A stretch of 29,282 nucleotides of DNA from Candidatus Nanohaloarchaea archaeon (GCA_041639695.1 JBEQBQ010000015.1:1-29282), one strand, 5' to 3'; positions 8,041 to 16,736 are shown, counted from the stretch's first letter. Notes: generated by a model not told the origin, from the letters alone. Program-made: numbers and translations.

Positions 8041-8550
8041 TTAAACACTTGAATCTATATAGGGGTGTATCTCTTCGGCGTAAAGCTCCTCAAGATTACG
8101 GTAGGATTTCACGAAATTGACTATTTCACGGTCTTCCGGCTCTTCTTTAAGACTCTGTGCATTAGATGCAGTCTGCTTGAACCATCCTGACAGCGAAAAG
8201 CGATAAAGTTCTTCAGGCCTTTTTATCGCACCTTCTGCATATTCCTCTCTCTGCTTTAGTTCAGATAGTACTTCTGCCCAACGTGGAAGAATAGAGTCAG
8301 CTATTTTAATCCATTTTTCCGGGCCCGACTCCGAGTCGTAGTAGTCTTCAAGCTTCTCCCTTTCTCGGCCTATAGAACGTTCAACGGACTGTATATCCGG
8401 CTTAGTAAGCGGAGTCCTTTTCCTAATCGTCCTCAGGCGATACTCCGGTTCGCTCATTTGAAGCACTTCTTCAGGAGAAAGGTTCAGAGGACCATCTCGT
8501 ATCTCTACATCGGGGCTACTGTAAGTTCCATCTCTGTAACCTAAGGACAT
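8041..8550 (-). CDS. Hypothetical protein
   Basis: Acidic 169-aa ORF with upstream TATA-like TTATT; no recognised motif. Confidence 0.65.
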   Translation of the reverse strand: MSLGYRDGTYSSPDVEIRDGPLNLSPEEVLQMSEPEYRLRTIRKRTPLTKPDIQSVERSIGREREKLEDYYDSESGPEKWIKIADSILPRWAEVLSELKQREEYAEGAIKRPEELYRFSLSGWFKQTASNAQSLKEEPEDREIVNFVKSYRNLEELYAEEIHPYIDSSV

Positions 8551-8597
8551 CAAGAATGTTATTCACCACAAAATAATAAAAGTGTATAAGGACGGGA

Positions 8598-8846
8598 TCA
8601 GGCGTACTGTTCCTCCAGATACTCGACTATGTCATCGCTCTCCGGCATCACAACGTCTTCGTTAGGATCCACGAGCACCGGAACGTTTGTCTGTCCTGAA
8701 ACTTCTTCCACCCTTGAACGATCATCGGGGTCAACAGCTCTCGCTATAAAGTCGATCCCGAGATCGGTCATTTTCTGTCTTACTTTTGAGCAGAAAGGGC
8801 ATCCTTCGAACTGGTAAACTTCCAGCATCTGGTCTGGCTGTGTCAT
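8598..8846 (-). CDS. Glutaredoxin / GST N-terminal domain protein
   Basis: CPFC, GQTNVPVLVD, ESDDIVEYL. Confidence 0.92.
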   Translation of the reverse strand: MTQPDQMLEVYQFEGCPFCSKVRQKMTDLGIDFIARAVDPDDRSRVEEVSGQTNVPVLVDPNEDVVMPESDDIVEYLEEQYA

Positions 8847-8878
8847 AGGTTAAAAAGGATAGGAGATGGATAAAAGGC

Positions 8879-9310
8879 TTAGTCTAACTTGTCGGTAACC
8901 TTCTCCAGGAGTTCAATCTGGTTGTCGTGGGTGAGAAGCCCTTCAGTATCCTCCCGGTTCAGGAAGAATCCCGAGTCATGCTCATCATGCGGGTTGTTAG
9001 TAACATCAATAATTGCATCATTTGCGACTTTAACCAGGAAGCATCTGTACTCTCGTTTGATTTCCTGTCCTTCGTCTTCAAAGCTCCACTCAAGAACCTC
9101 GTCGGTCTCTTTTACATCCTGAACTTGGTCTTCCTCTATACCTGCTTCCTCTTTGAGCTCGAGCCTGGCTGTTTTCTCGTAGTCATCTTCTTCGAGGTGG
9201 CCTTTGGGTAGTTCCCAGCCTTCCCAGTTCTTCTTCCTGTTTAGTACAGCGAATCTCGGGCTTCTACCGGGTTTGTAAGCTACAATCACCACTCCTTTCT
9301 CTGTTTTCAC
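8879..9310 (-). CDS. Nudix hydrolase
   Basis: WELPKGHLEEDD..KTARLELKEEAGI Nudix box; GTG start overlaps upstream stop. Confidence 0.9.
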   Translation of the reverse strand: MKTEKGVVIVAYKPGRSPRFAVLNRKKNWEGWELPKGHLEEDDYEKTARLELKEEAGIEEDQVQDVKETDEVLEWSFEDEGQEIKREYRCFLVKVANDAIIDVTNNPHDEHDSGFFLNREDTEGLLTHDNQIELLEKVTDKLD

Positions 9311-9531
9311 TTTCCTGGACCTCCGTGCAGCTGTTTCCTGTTTCTAATGTAGAGTTCGGCGCCAAGTACGAAGAGGATGAAACCTCCGATTACAGCTCCG
9401 GCTTGAACCCTCAACGAGTTAAGGCTTTGACTCGACGAGCCCGTAATCATCATTATGAAGCCTGCTATAACTCCTAGAAAGCTGAGGAGCATCAGTATTT
9501 CGCCGGCTCTTCTTTTCGTGGGTCGATCCAC
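9307..9531 (-). CDS. Small 2-TM membrane protein
   Basis: Two hydrophobic helices; GTG 9531 chosen from TATA spacing (track start 9603). Confidence 0.65.
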   Translation of the reverse strand: MDRPTKRRAGEILMLLSFLGVIAGFIMMITGSSSQSLNSLRVQAGAVIGGFILFVLGAELYIRNRKQLHGGPGK

Positions 9532-9650
9532 TGTAGTCGTGAATCCTTCACGTATTTTAATGAAGCTTGTGACGCTACGGCAGAAAACCCTGTGAAACGG
9601 CAAATAGTTTTTATAGCTGGTGTACGTGTTTAGTATTAATTGGTGTCAAC

Positions 9651-10277
9651 ATGATAAAGCGTTTGAAGGAGCTATTCAGCAACCTTTTCAGCGACTCGGA
9701 AAAGGACGATATCAGCATAGGGATATACGGCCCTCCAAACGCAGGCAAATCTACGCTAGCTAACCAGATTTCTCTAGACTTGACCGGCGAGGATATGACA
9801 AGTGTTTCTGAAGTACCTCACGAGACAAGAGCCGTTGAAAAGAAAGAGCAAGTAACTATCGAGTCCGACGGACAGTCGATCGACATGAACCTTCTCGACA
9901 TGCCAGGAATCTCAACCAACGTAGACTTCAAAGACTTTACAGAACACGGCCTGGAAGAAGACGAGGCCAAAGGAAGAGCAAAAGAAGCCACGAAAGGAAT
10001 CGTGGAAGCAATCAAATACTTGGACGATGTTGATGCCTGCCTTGTAATATTCGATGCTACAGAAGATCCTTACACACAGGTAAACGTTACTATTATCGGC
10101 AACCTTGAAGCTAAAGACATTCCGATTCTCGTACTTGCTAACAAGGTAGACCTTGAAGGCGCTGAACCGGAAAGGGTTAGAGACGCTTTCCCGCAGCACC
10201 CGGTACTCGAAATTTCCGCCAAAGAAGGCACAAACATCGACAAACTTTATCAGGAAATAATTGAAAGGTTAGGCTAA
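9651..10277 (+). CDS. oapA: Era-like GTP-binding protein OapA
   Basis: IGIYGPPNAGKSTLAN, PHETR, DMPG, ANKVD, ISA; amphipathic N-terminus; followed by oapB and oapC. Confidence 0.92.
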   Translation: MIKRLKELFSNLFSDSEKDDISIGIYGPPNAGKSTLANQISLDLTGEDMTSVSEVPHETRAVEKKEQVTIESDGQSIDMNLLDMPGISTNVDFKDFTEHGLEEDEAKGRAKEATKGIVEAIKYLDDVDACLVIFDATEDPYTQVNVTIIGNLEAKDIPILVLANKVDLEGAEPERVRDAFPQHPVLEISAKEGTNIDKLYQEIIERLG

Positions 10278-10666
10278 TGGGCGAAGAAGGAGTCACGATT
10301 GAGTTTCTCTCGAAGGACAAGCTCGACAAGAGCTTCGAAGAGAAGCTGGAATTCGTTCTCAACAAAGTGAAGGACGACGCAGTACTTGTCCTCGGAGAAT
10401 CATGGACTCCCGAAGAGAAAAGAGAACTTATCCAGGCATCCATGGAACAGGTAGACGAGGACTTTCCCGGAGTCGAATTCATGGGCCTAGAATCGACCGA
10501 CTCACCGTTTGAAAAGGCCAAAAGCATGTTCTACTCCAAGTTCATGAAAGAAGAGTACAGGAAAGGAATGACAATAGTTGGAAACGCACGTGTAATGGAA
10601 AAGGTCCAGGAAGAAAGAGACTCCGTATCATTCCTGGCTAAAATAGGCGAAGAGGAGGAGAAATAG
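10277..10666 (+). CDS. oapB: OapB (DUF2073 family)
   Basis: EKLEFVLNKVK..VLVL...TPEE..LI..SM..VD.DFPGVE, MTIVG; operon position. Confidence 0.85.
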   Translation: MGEEGVTIEFLSKDKLDKSFEEKLEFVLNKVKDDAVLVLGESWTPEEKRELIQASMEQVDEDFPGVEFMGLESTDSPFEKAKSMFYSKFMKEEYRKGMTIVGNARVMEKVQEERDSVSFLAKIGEEEEK

Positions 10667-11041
10667 ATGCCTCACCGTTGCATGAACTGCGGAAGAACAT
10701 ACGAGGAAGATTCTGAAGAACTTATATCCGGATGCGAATGCGGCTCCTCACTTTTCATATTCGAAAAAGAGTCGGAAATCGATGACGAGGAAGTCGAAGA
10801 GGTCAAGGAAGATATCGAACAGCTAAAGCAGAAAGGATTCGAGGACGGGGAAAACATTAAATTCAAGTTCGACTTGGACTCTATTATAGTCGAAGAGGAA
10901 GGAGTATACAACATAAACGTCTCTAGACTGCTGGAGGAAGTGCCTCTGGTAATCCGGAAGACAGAAGGCGTTTACCACGTACACCTGCCTTCCGCATTCA
11001 AGCCTGAAACTGCGGACATAAGTCCGGAGGACCTTTCATGA
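10667..11041 (+). CDS. oapC: OapC Zn-ribbon protein (DUF2072 family)
   Basis: MPHRCMNCG...GCECGSSLF, SIIVEEEGVYNINV, GVYHVHLP. Confidence 0.88.
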   Translation: MPHRCMNCGRTYEEDSEELISGCECGSSLFIFEKESEIDDEEVEEVKEDIEQLKQKGFEDGENIKFKFDLDSIIVEEEGVYNINVSRLLEEVPLVIRKTEGVYHVHLPSAFKPETADISPEDLS

Positions 11042-11301
11042 CAGATGAACGACCTAAAGACCGATTCGGACTGCCGAAGATGACCACAAACCAAGAAGTA
11101 GCAATATCCTTCGCGCTTTTCACACTAGGAACGCTGCTTATACTTTCAGTTCTCTACCCGCTATCGAACATAATGGAGATAGGTCCGGCCTACATGGGAG
11201 TTATAATGACCGCGACAGGCTACTTCTTCGCGATCGAATCCATCAGAGAACTTGAAGAGAAGGATCACTTCCTCTCAAAGAGGCTGATGAATTCAGAATA
11301 A
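11038..11301 (+). CDS. Small 2-TM membrane protein coupled to oapC
   Basis: ATGA overlap; two hydrophobic helices. Confidence 0.8.
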   Translation: MTDERPKDRFGLPKMTTNQEVAISFALFTLGTLLILSVLYPLSNIMEIGPAYMGVIMTATGYFFAIESIRELEEKDHFLSKRLMNSE

Positions 11302-11338
11302 ACCAAAAAATAAAACCTTTCCTTTCTACTATTAACTC

Positions 11339-11614
11339 ATGGCAACAGAAGAAGTGGATCTTGACTTCGAATTCTCAAACGATGAACTAGCTAACTTCCT
11401 TGAAAACTTCGCCGAAAAGGTAAGAACCGGAGAGGTCGGACTCTCATTCAAGGGAAGGAAAGAAGTACATATCGAACCTAACCAAGATAACAAACTTGAA
11501 ATGGAGTTCAAAGAAGGCTCGACATACAGAAAGCTTGAACTTGAAGTCCAGCTACACGAAAAGATGGAAGCAACCGAGGAAGGAAGAAGAAAGATCGACG
11601 TAGAAGTCGTCTAA
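11339..11614 (+). CDS. Amphi-Trp domain-like protein
   Basis: ELANFLENFAEKVRTG.V...V.I.P....LEME......LELEV pattern; the usual Trp is absent. Confidence 0.65.
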   Translation: MATEEVDLDFEFSNDELANFLENFAEKVRTGEVGLSFKGRKEVHIEPNQDNKLEMEFKEGSTYRKLELEVQLHEKMEATEEGRRKIDVEVV

Positions 11615-11633
11615 ACCATACTCTCTTTTCCTT

Positions 11634-11987
11634 TTACTGTCCAAAGCTTTCCAGTATCTCTATCATTCTCTCGTTCTGCTCAATAATCCTATCAAGCTTC
11701 TGCTCAACACCAGAAGCATCTATACCACCTGAACCCTGTGACTTTTCTTTTGAGGATGTAAGAGGGTTGTCCGAATCGGATGAACTTGAACTTCTCTGAT
11801 TACTTGGTTGTTTTTGAAGTCCGTCTTCCTCCAGTACCTCGATAGGTGTGTCGTCCCCGTCATCTTCCTGTTCTTCGGAAGATTCCTCAGCGGCCTCCTT
11901 CAAGGTGTCGAATGACGCCTTATTGTTGCTGTTTCCGTTACCTCCTTTGTCCTTAACCGAGTCCTTTACGTTGTCATAGTAGCTCAT
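11634..11987 (-). CDS. Low-complexity acidic/Ser-rich protein with C-terminal helix LDRIIEQNERMIEILE
   Basis: Disordered composition; overlaps the upstream gene. Confidence 0.75.
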   Translation of the reverse strand: MSYYDNVKDSVKDKGGNGNSNNKASFDTLKEAAEESSEEQEDDGDDTPIEVLEEDGLQKQPSNQRSSSSSDSDNPLTSSKEKSQGSGGIDASGVEQKLDRIIEQNERMIEILESFGQ

Positions 11988-12258
11988 TCATACCCTCTCC
12001 TACGCTAGATGTAGTATTTTCTTCTTTCTCTCCGTCATCGACCAGCTTTTCAAGAAGACGGATGATCTCTTGGTTCTGCTCGTAAATATCTTTCTTCGTA
12101 ACTGAATCCGAGTTTTTGGAGCTTTCAAGTCTTTTCTCTGACTTTTTGCTTGATCCGAACTTGGATTCTACCTCGGAATGTAGTTCGGAGCCCGAGGACT
12201 TATCAGGCACATCTATCCTGACCTCTCCTTTCGCTTCATCTCTGTCAAAAAGACCCAT
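11974..12258 (-). CDS. Low-complexity protein with MGLFD N-terminus and helix KDIYEQNQEIIRLLE
   Basis: Shares EQN helix motif with neighbour; TTTTATT box upstream. Confidence 0.75.
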   Translation of the reverse strand: MGLFDRDEAKGEVRIDVPDKSSGSELHSEVESKFGSSKKSEKRLESSKNSDSVTKKDIYEQNQEIIRLLEKLVDDGEKEENTTSSVGEGMNELL

Positions 12259-12311
12259 ACCTCAAACTTTGTGCGGCGTCAAATAAAAGGTTTGCCGGCC
12301 TACTCAAAGCT

Positions 12312-12794
12312 ATGGAAGCAAAGGTTAAACCAACCGAAAAACCTGAAGTATTGATAGAAAACCTTCAGAAGAGAACTAAATCAGTTAAGAAAGAAGGCGA
12401 GAATCTCATAGTCGAGTTAGATGATGCAGAGAAGCTTGAATCTGTTCCCGGTATTGAAAACTTTACTGTTGACGGAGAAGAGGTAGAAGGTATCGGCGGA
12501 AGCCCTGTAGACGAAGAGGCATACATCCGTATCGAATCTAGAGAAGATGCGGTTAAAGCTTTTCTTGCCACGTTAGACGGATACGATCTAAGGGTTCTCG
12601 AAACAGATAGAGAATGGGACCTAAGAAACCTGAAAAAATACAACCCCGATATCAAACATCTCAAGTTCAATAAGCCTAAAGAGGTTCTGGGTATCGAGAA
12701 GACTGTTACCGATCTTGATTCGAATCTTGAGAAGGTTGAAATTGATACTAATGAATCAGATATAGAGCCTATTTATAGGCGTTTCCTTACGTAG
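12312..12794 (+). CDS. Hypothetical protein
   Basis: 160-aa ORF with host-like composition. Confidence 0.75.
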   Translation: MEAKVKPTEKPEVLIENLQKRTKSVKKEGENLIVELDDAEKLESVPGIENFTVDGEEVEGIGGSPVDEEAYIRIESREDAVKAFLATLDGYDLRVLETDREWDLRNLKKYNPDIKHLKFNKPKEVLGIEKTVTDLDSNLEKVEIDTNESDIEPIYRRFLT

Positions 12795-12840
12795 TGGAAA
12801 GGTTTTAAACCATCTACGGTTTAAGTTTTGATTGGTAGGC

Positions 12841-13143
12841 ATGAAGGACATCGACTTTGAACGCACGGAATACGTCACAAACAGAGAACTTGAGAACGAT
12901 GAAGGAGAGGAAACAGGACAGCTACAGATGTTTTCATACGATAACGAGCTTTTCCATTACAAGATGACGTGTCCGTACTGCCAGCACGAGTTCGAAGGGA
13001 AACAAGAACTCGGTGCCAGACCTTGGTGGATCGAATGTCCCGAATGTGAGAGAAGTACCAACGTCTACAGGATTAAGGACAAGAAGAAGCGGGAAATCAA
13101 AGACAGAGGACCCGATGCACCCGATGACGTAGACGTGACCTAA
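12841..13143 (+). CDS. Zinc-ribbon protein
   Basis: CPYC and CPEC pairs; TTTTAAA upstream. Confidence 0.8.
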   Translation: MKDIDFERTEYVTNRELENDEGEETGQLQMFSYDNELFHYKMTCPYCQHEFEGKQELGARPWWIECPECERSTNVYRIKDKKKREIKDRGPDAPDDVDVT

Positions 13144-13146
13144 GAA

Positions 13147-13452
13147 ATGATAGAAAGAGAGGAGAAAGGCGACAAAGTCTTCTGCACTCTTGAATCCGAG
13201 GACAAAAAACTTGAGATAGAGATAAGCTCAGGTATACAGTCTTTAGCATTTATTGAGTCAGAGGATTTTGATTTCTCAAAAATTCTGAGTGGTGAGGACA
13301 AGAGAATCCGGCTTAACCAGTTAGGTTTGAGGTTGAAAGACAAGGCGAACCTCACCAACATAACCGAGGAAGATTTCTCTATAGTCCTGTTTGAAGGAGC
13401 GGAGCTTTATGCTGTAGACCCGTGGTCTGAAGAACCGAGACAGTTGTTCTAA
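13147..13452 (+). CDS. Hypothetical acidic protein
   Basis: Starts 3 nt after the zinc-ribbon gene. Confidence 0.65.
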   Translation: MIEREEKGDKVFCTLESEDKKLEIEISSGIQSLAFIESEDFDFSKILSGEDKRIRLNQLGLRLKDKANLTNITEEDFSIVLFEGAELYAVDPWSEEPRQLF

Positions 13453-14981
13453 TCCATGCTGCCATCACTGTCTCTTTTGTAAACCACTATTTCATCGGTT
13501 CCGTCCGAGCCTGTTCTTGTAGCAGCAAAGAGCACTCCATTATCCGAGGTTTGTTCGACATACGTAATATCCTGGTTTACTGAAGATAGGGTTTTGGTCC
13601 ATATTTCTTCGAATTCAGGGCCATACTTAACTATTGACAAGTTATAGTCAGTTCCCCCCTCAGGATCCATGTAACCTGCGGTGTATGTACCGCCTTCCTT
13701 CCTCAACTTGGATCGATGAAAGTTCCAGCTTGAGCCGGCGCTGACACCGCCTCTCACAAGTTCATCGACTTTGTTACCCGAACTATCAAACTCAAGCAGC
13801 CATCCCCTAGCCCATGTCTCAAGATCGGTGCCAGTGATTAGATAGTTACCGTTAGAGAGTTGATCTATGTCGCCGAACTCATCATAGCCTGATCCTCCAA
13901 AGGTTTTGTTTACAACCAGATTGCCTGAGCTGTCGAACTTGAGTAACCATCCTGCTTTATTACCTCCGCCATAGCTACTAGTTTTACCTACAGCGAGGAC
14001 TCCTCCCGAAGACGCAGTTTCAACACCGTGAAGAGCTTCATCATCTAGTCCTCCTACCGATTTGTTCCATTTTACATTCCCGGTTTCGTCAGTTTTCACG
14101 ACCCATGCATCGGAGTTACTGTTGGAGCTGTATGACTGGGTTTCTCCAACCATCACCATTTCACCTGACTTATACTTCTCAACATCATAAAACGTATCGG
14201 CATCAGTTCCGCCGTAAGTCAGGTTTTCAATAACTTCGCCCGTCCTGTCTACACCCAGCAACCATGCAGCCGTGGTACCCGTACCGTAACTGTTGGTCAT
14301 TCCGGCCATGTAATAAACACCGTCAAATTCTTTGAGGCCTCTAACCGTATCTCCCCCTGCTCCCCCATAAGACTTGTTCCAAACAACTTCTCCTCTGCGA
14401 TTTATCTTCACCAGCCAGCCATCAACCGGACCTGAGGCATAAGTCTGAGTGATGCCAGAGATTAATGCGCCGTTATTTTCAGTCTGAGCTATTCCCGCGA
14501 CTTTATCGCTCATAGATCCGCTTATTGTTAAGTTAAAAGGCTCCATCGGCAGCACGGCGACTTCATCCTCTTCAACCGTCTCTTCCACCGGCATATCCTC
14601 CGACTGAACCTCCACACTCTCAACTGTGCCGTTACATCCTTCGACCTCAATATTTTCTATTCCTCCCGGCGGAATACCGTTATCGAACCTTTCAACAACA
14701 TAACCGCCACCGCACTTGGCGATAACCGAGTAGTTAGAGAAATCGGTTGAACCGGTCTGCCTTACGTTAATCTGAACCTTCGACCCGTTTTTCAAGACGT
14801 TTGACACATCCAACCTTGTCTGTGTGGCGCTTTGGATTGTTTCTGCTCGGTCGGTTTGACCTTCCTGAGTGTTTTGAAGCATGTCGCTCGCCCAAGGACC
14901 AAAAAGAGAGGCGGCTGTCATTGTAAAAGCAATCAGTATAACTGCGGCAATTAGAGGCGAAACACCTTTTCTCATGTTCAT
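13449..14981 (-). CDS. Type IV pilin-like protein fused to a beta-propeller repeat domain (putative adhesin)
   Basis: Class III signal MRKG/VSPLIAAVILIAFT; about 6-7 repeats of W(L/V)xKxDxxGxxxWNKxxGGxxxD. Confidence 0.85.
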   Translation of the reverse strand: MNMRKGVSPLIAAVILIAFTMTAASLFGPWASDMLQNTQEGQTDRAETIQSATQTRLDVSNVLKNGSKVQINVRQTGSTDFSNYSVIAKCGGGYVVERFDNGIPPGGIENIEVEGCNGTVESVEVQSEDMPVEETVEEDEVAVLPMEPFNLTISGSMSDKVAGIAQTENNGALISGITQTYASGPVDGWLVKINRRGEVVWNKSYGGAGGDTVRGLKEFDGVYYMAGMTNSYGTGTTAAWLLGVDRTGEVIENLTYGGTDADTFYDVEKYKSGEMVMVGETQSYSSNSNSDAWVVKTDETGNVKWNKSVGGLDDEALHGVETASSGGVLAVGKTSSYGGGNKAGWLLKFDSSGNLVVNKTFGGSGYDEFGDIDQLSNGNYLITGTDLETWARGWLLEFDSSGNKVDELVRGGVSAGSSWNFHRSKLRKEGGTYTAGYMDPEGGTDYNLSIVKYGPEFEEIWTKTLSSVNQDITYVEQTSDNGVLFAATRTGSDGTDEIVVYKRDSDGSMD

Positions 14982-15031
14982 AACTAGTAAGGGCCTCTAG
15001 TCGTTTAAGAAATTGAACCTTATCTTAGAGC

Positions 15032-15979
15032 TTAAAATCGGATTAATTTCTGCTGAGGTAAGAATATCTTCTCTTGATTCAGCCAACCGATGATCTCGGT
15101 TGCAAGCCATTCACCATACTTTTCTAGATCATCTATGTCCTCAATAGTTTTCCCCGTACCACTGGATTTCGATAGAGGTTTTCCGTCCCCGTCAGCGATC
15201 ATAGGCGCCAGGAAGTAATCAGGCGTCTCCCCGCACGCAATTTCAGTAATTTTTTCGACCTTCTCAATCTTGGAGGTCTTCATCTCTTTCTGAGCTTTCC
15301 TGTAGTCGCCTCCAAATACGTGTACCGCCACGTTTCTTCCTGGATCTCTTACCGGGTCAACAAGGTAGTATGCTCCTTTCTTACCCGAAAGATTGTCGGC
15401 CGCGAAGCCTTCACCGCATTCCTTATTTCTGCATGCGAACACTAGCTCGTCGGTGTTTTCTGAGTATGCTGCGCCTTTCGAGTGTGAGAAACCGCAGTCG
15501 CACACGTTTGTGACTGGCGATCTGTACCTTCTGCGGAAACCGCCTCCGAACACCTCGTCAAACTGTTCCATCGAAGAAAGTACTGTTTTAAGCGCCTCGT
15601 TGTACTCTTTCTCGTCGTTGATGTTCGAAAGATACATAGGATCTACTTCAAGCCCAAGCTCTTTCTCCAGACCTTTGAGGAAAGGTTTTATCTCGTCCAC
15701 TCTATGCTCCGCGATGTTCGAATGCCTTTCACAGCCACATTCTCTTTCAAAAAACAGCTTCATAACATCCGAGTTCTCCGGCTTATGGCTCTCATGGATG
15801 TGGGCACTCCAGTCCGTATCACAGCACATCAGCTCCAGCTCCAGACCCAGTTTTTCAGCTATAACAGCCGCATAACCTATAGACAGAAGATTTCCGACGT
15901 GCAGCTCTCCTGAAGGCCTGAAACCTACAGCCACTTTTTCTCCCTCAGGTTCAAGATCCTCAAAATTTGAAGTCCTCAT
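15032..15979 (-). CDS. Class I lysyl-tRNA synthetase-like protein, catalytic domain only
   Basis: GFRPSGELHVGN (HIGH), CERHSNIAEH, PVTNVCDCG and FACRNKECG Zn insert, FGGDY (GKDH position), KPLSKSSG (KMSKS); ends about 40 aa after KMSKS. Confidence 0.8.
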   Translation of the reverse strand: MRTSNFEDLEPEGEKVAVGFRPSGELHVGNLLSIGYAAVIAEKLGLELELMCCDTDWSAHIHESHKPENSDVMKLFFERECGCERHSNIAEHRVDEIKPFLKGLEKELGLEVDPMYLSNINDEKEYNEALKTVLSSMEQFDEVFGGGFRRRYRSPVTNVCDCGFSHSKGAAYSENTDELVFACRNKECGEGFAADNLSGKKGAYYLVDPVRDPGRNVAVHVFGGDYRKAQKEMKTSKIEKVEKITEIACGETPDYFLAPMIADGDGKPLSKSSGTGKTIEDIDDLEKYGEWLATEIIGWLNQEKIFLPQQKLIRF

Positions 15980-16032
15980 AACCCCATTTTTAGATTGAAA
16001 GCTTCAAAACCGTTGCCCGACAATAATGGGCC

Positions 16033-16176
16033 ATGAAGCCTCTAAAGAAGATCCGTTCAATTATCAGAACGGTTAGAAGTGCGTTAATCTTCCTCGGAAT
16101 CCTCAGTGTGTTAAGAAGAGCCGGAGAGATAAGAAAGGAGCTGTATAAACTGAAACCCAAAGAAAAGACCAGCTGA
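16033..16176 (+). CDS. Unannotated 47-aa cationic amphipathic peptide
   Basis: MKPLKKIRSIIRTVRSALIFLGILSVLRRAGEIRKELYKLKPKEKTS; 8K+6R versus 3E; TTCAAAA about 25 nt upstream. Confidence 0.6.
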   Translation: MKPLKKIRSIIRTVRSALIFLGILSVLRRAGEIRKELYKLKPKEKTS

Positions 16177-16227
16177 CCATTTCTCCACAACAAACAGCTT
16201 AAGAACAGGTCCAGAACTAACTTCTAC

Positions 16228-16335
16228 ATGAGAAATCTTAAGAAGAAGCTGTACCAGGCCGCGCAGATAATCGGTATAATCTACCTACTAAAACAGCTCT
16301 GGTCAAGAACAAAGAAAGTGAAGAAAGTGGACTAG
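16228..16335 (+). CDS. Unannotated 35-aa cationic amphipathic peptide
   Basis: MRNLKKKLYQAAQIIGIIYLLKQLWSRTKKVKKVD; 8K+2R versus 1D; TTAAGAA about 25 nt upstream; stop overlaps convergent stop (CTAG). Confidence 0.6.
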   Translation: MRNLKKKLYQAAQIIGIIYLLKQLWSRTKKVKKVD

Positions 16336-16736
16336 TAAATAACTTTACCAGATTCTAGCTCGGCTTTTACCAGTTCAGGAAGCGAGTCAGCGCCCGACCA
16401 GCCTCCAAAAAGATTCGAAACCGGCATGTGGCCTACTTCTATAGAGTGGTGCAACTCCATTCTCCGAAGTTCAGAGAACTCTACCCCTGTATCGATCTTA
16501 AGTAAATCCCTGTCATCGTAAGCCCTAACCACAATATCGTCAAGACCTTCCTCCTCATAGACCAGTTTGAAGAAGTAGTCTCCAAGCAAGTCATCTTCCT
16601 CCTTAAAACCTTGTTCTCTCAGACTGAATTCAATATCTTTCAGGTTGTAGCGGTTAGAGAGATTATCTATTCTGTAAAGCTGCCTCTTACCGTCCCACTC
16701 AATCATATCGTACTCGGGAGAGCTCCCACTAATCAT
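16332..16736 (-). CDS. Hypothetical acidic protein
   Basis: Acidic ORF; ATG 16736 preferred to TTG 16757. Confidence 0.65.
   Translation of the reverse strand: MISGSSPEYDMIEWDGKRQLYRIDNLSNRYNLKDIEFSLREQGFKEEDDLLGDYFFKLVYEEEGLDDIVVRAYDDRDLLKIDTGVEFSELRRMELHHSIEVGHMPVSNLFGGWSGADSLPELVKAELESGKVIY

Noticed and set aside
9580-9600. ORB-like CCCTGTGAAAC upstream of oapA
   Set aside because: Single poor match, no G-string, no partner repeat or unwinding element
15990-16193. Minus-strand 67-aa ORF
   Set aside because: TTG start and antisense to the better-supported cationic peptide ORF
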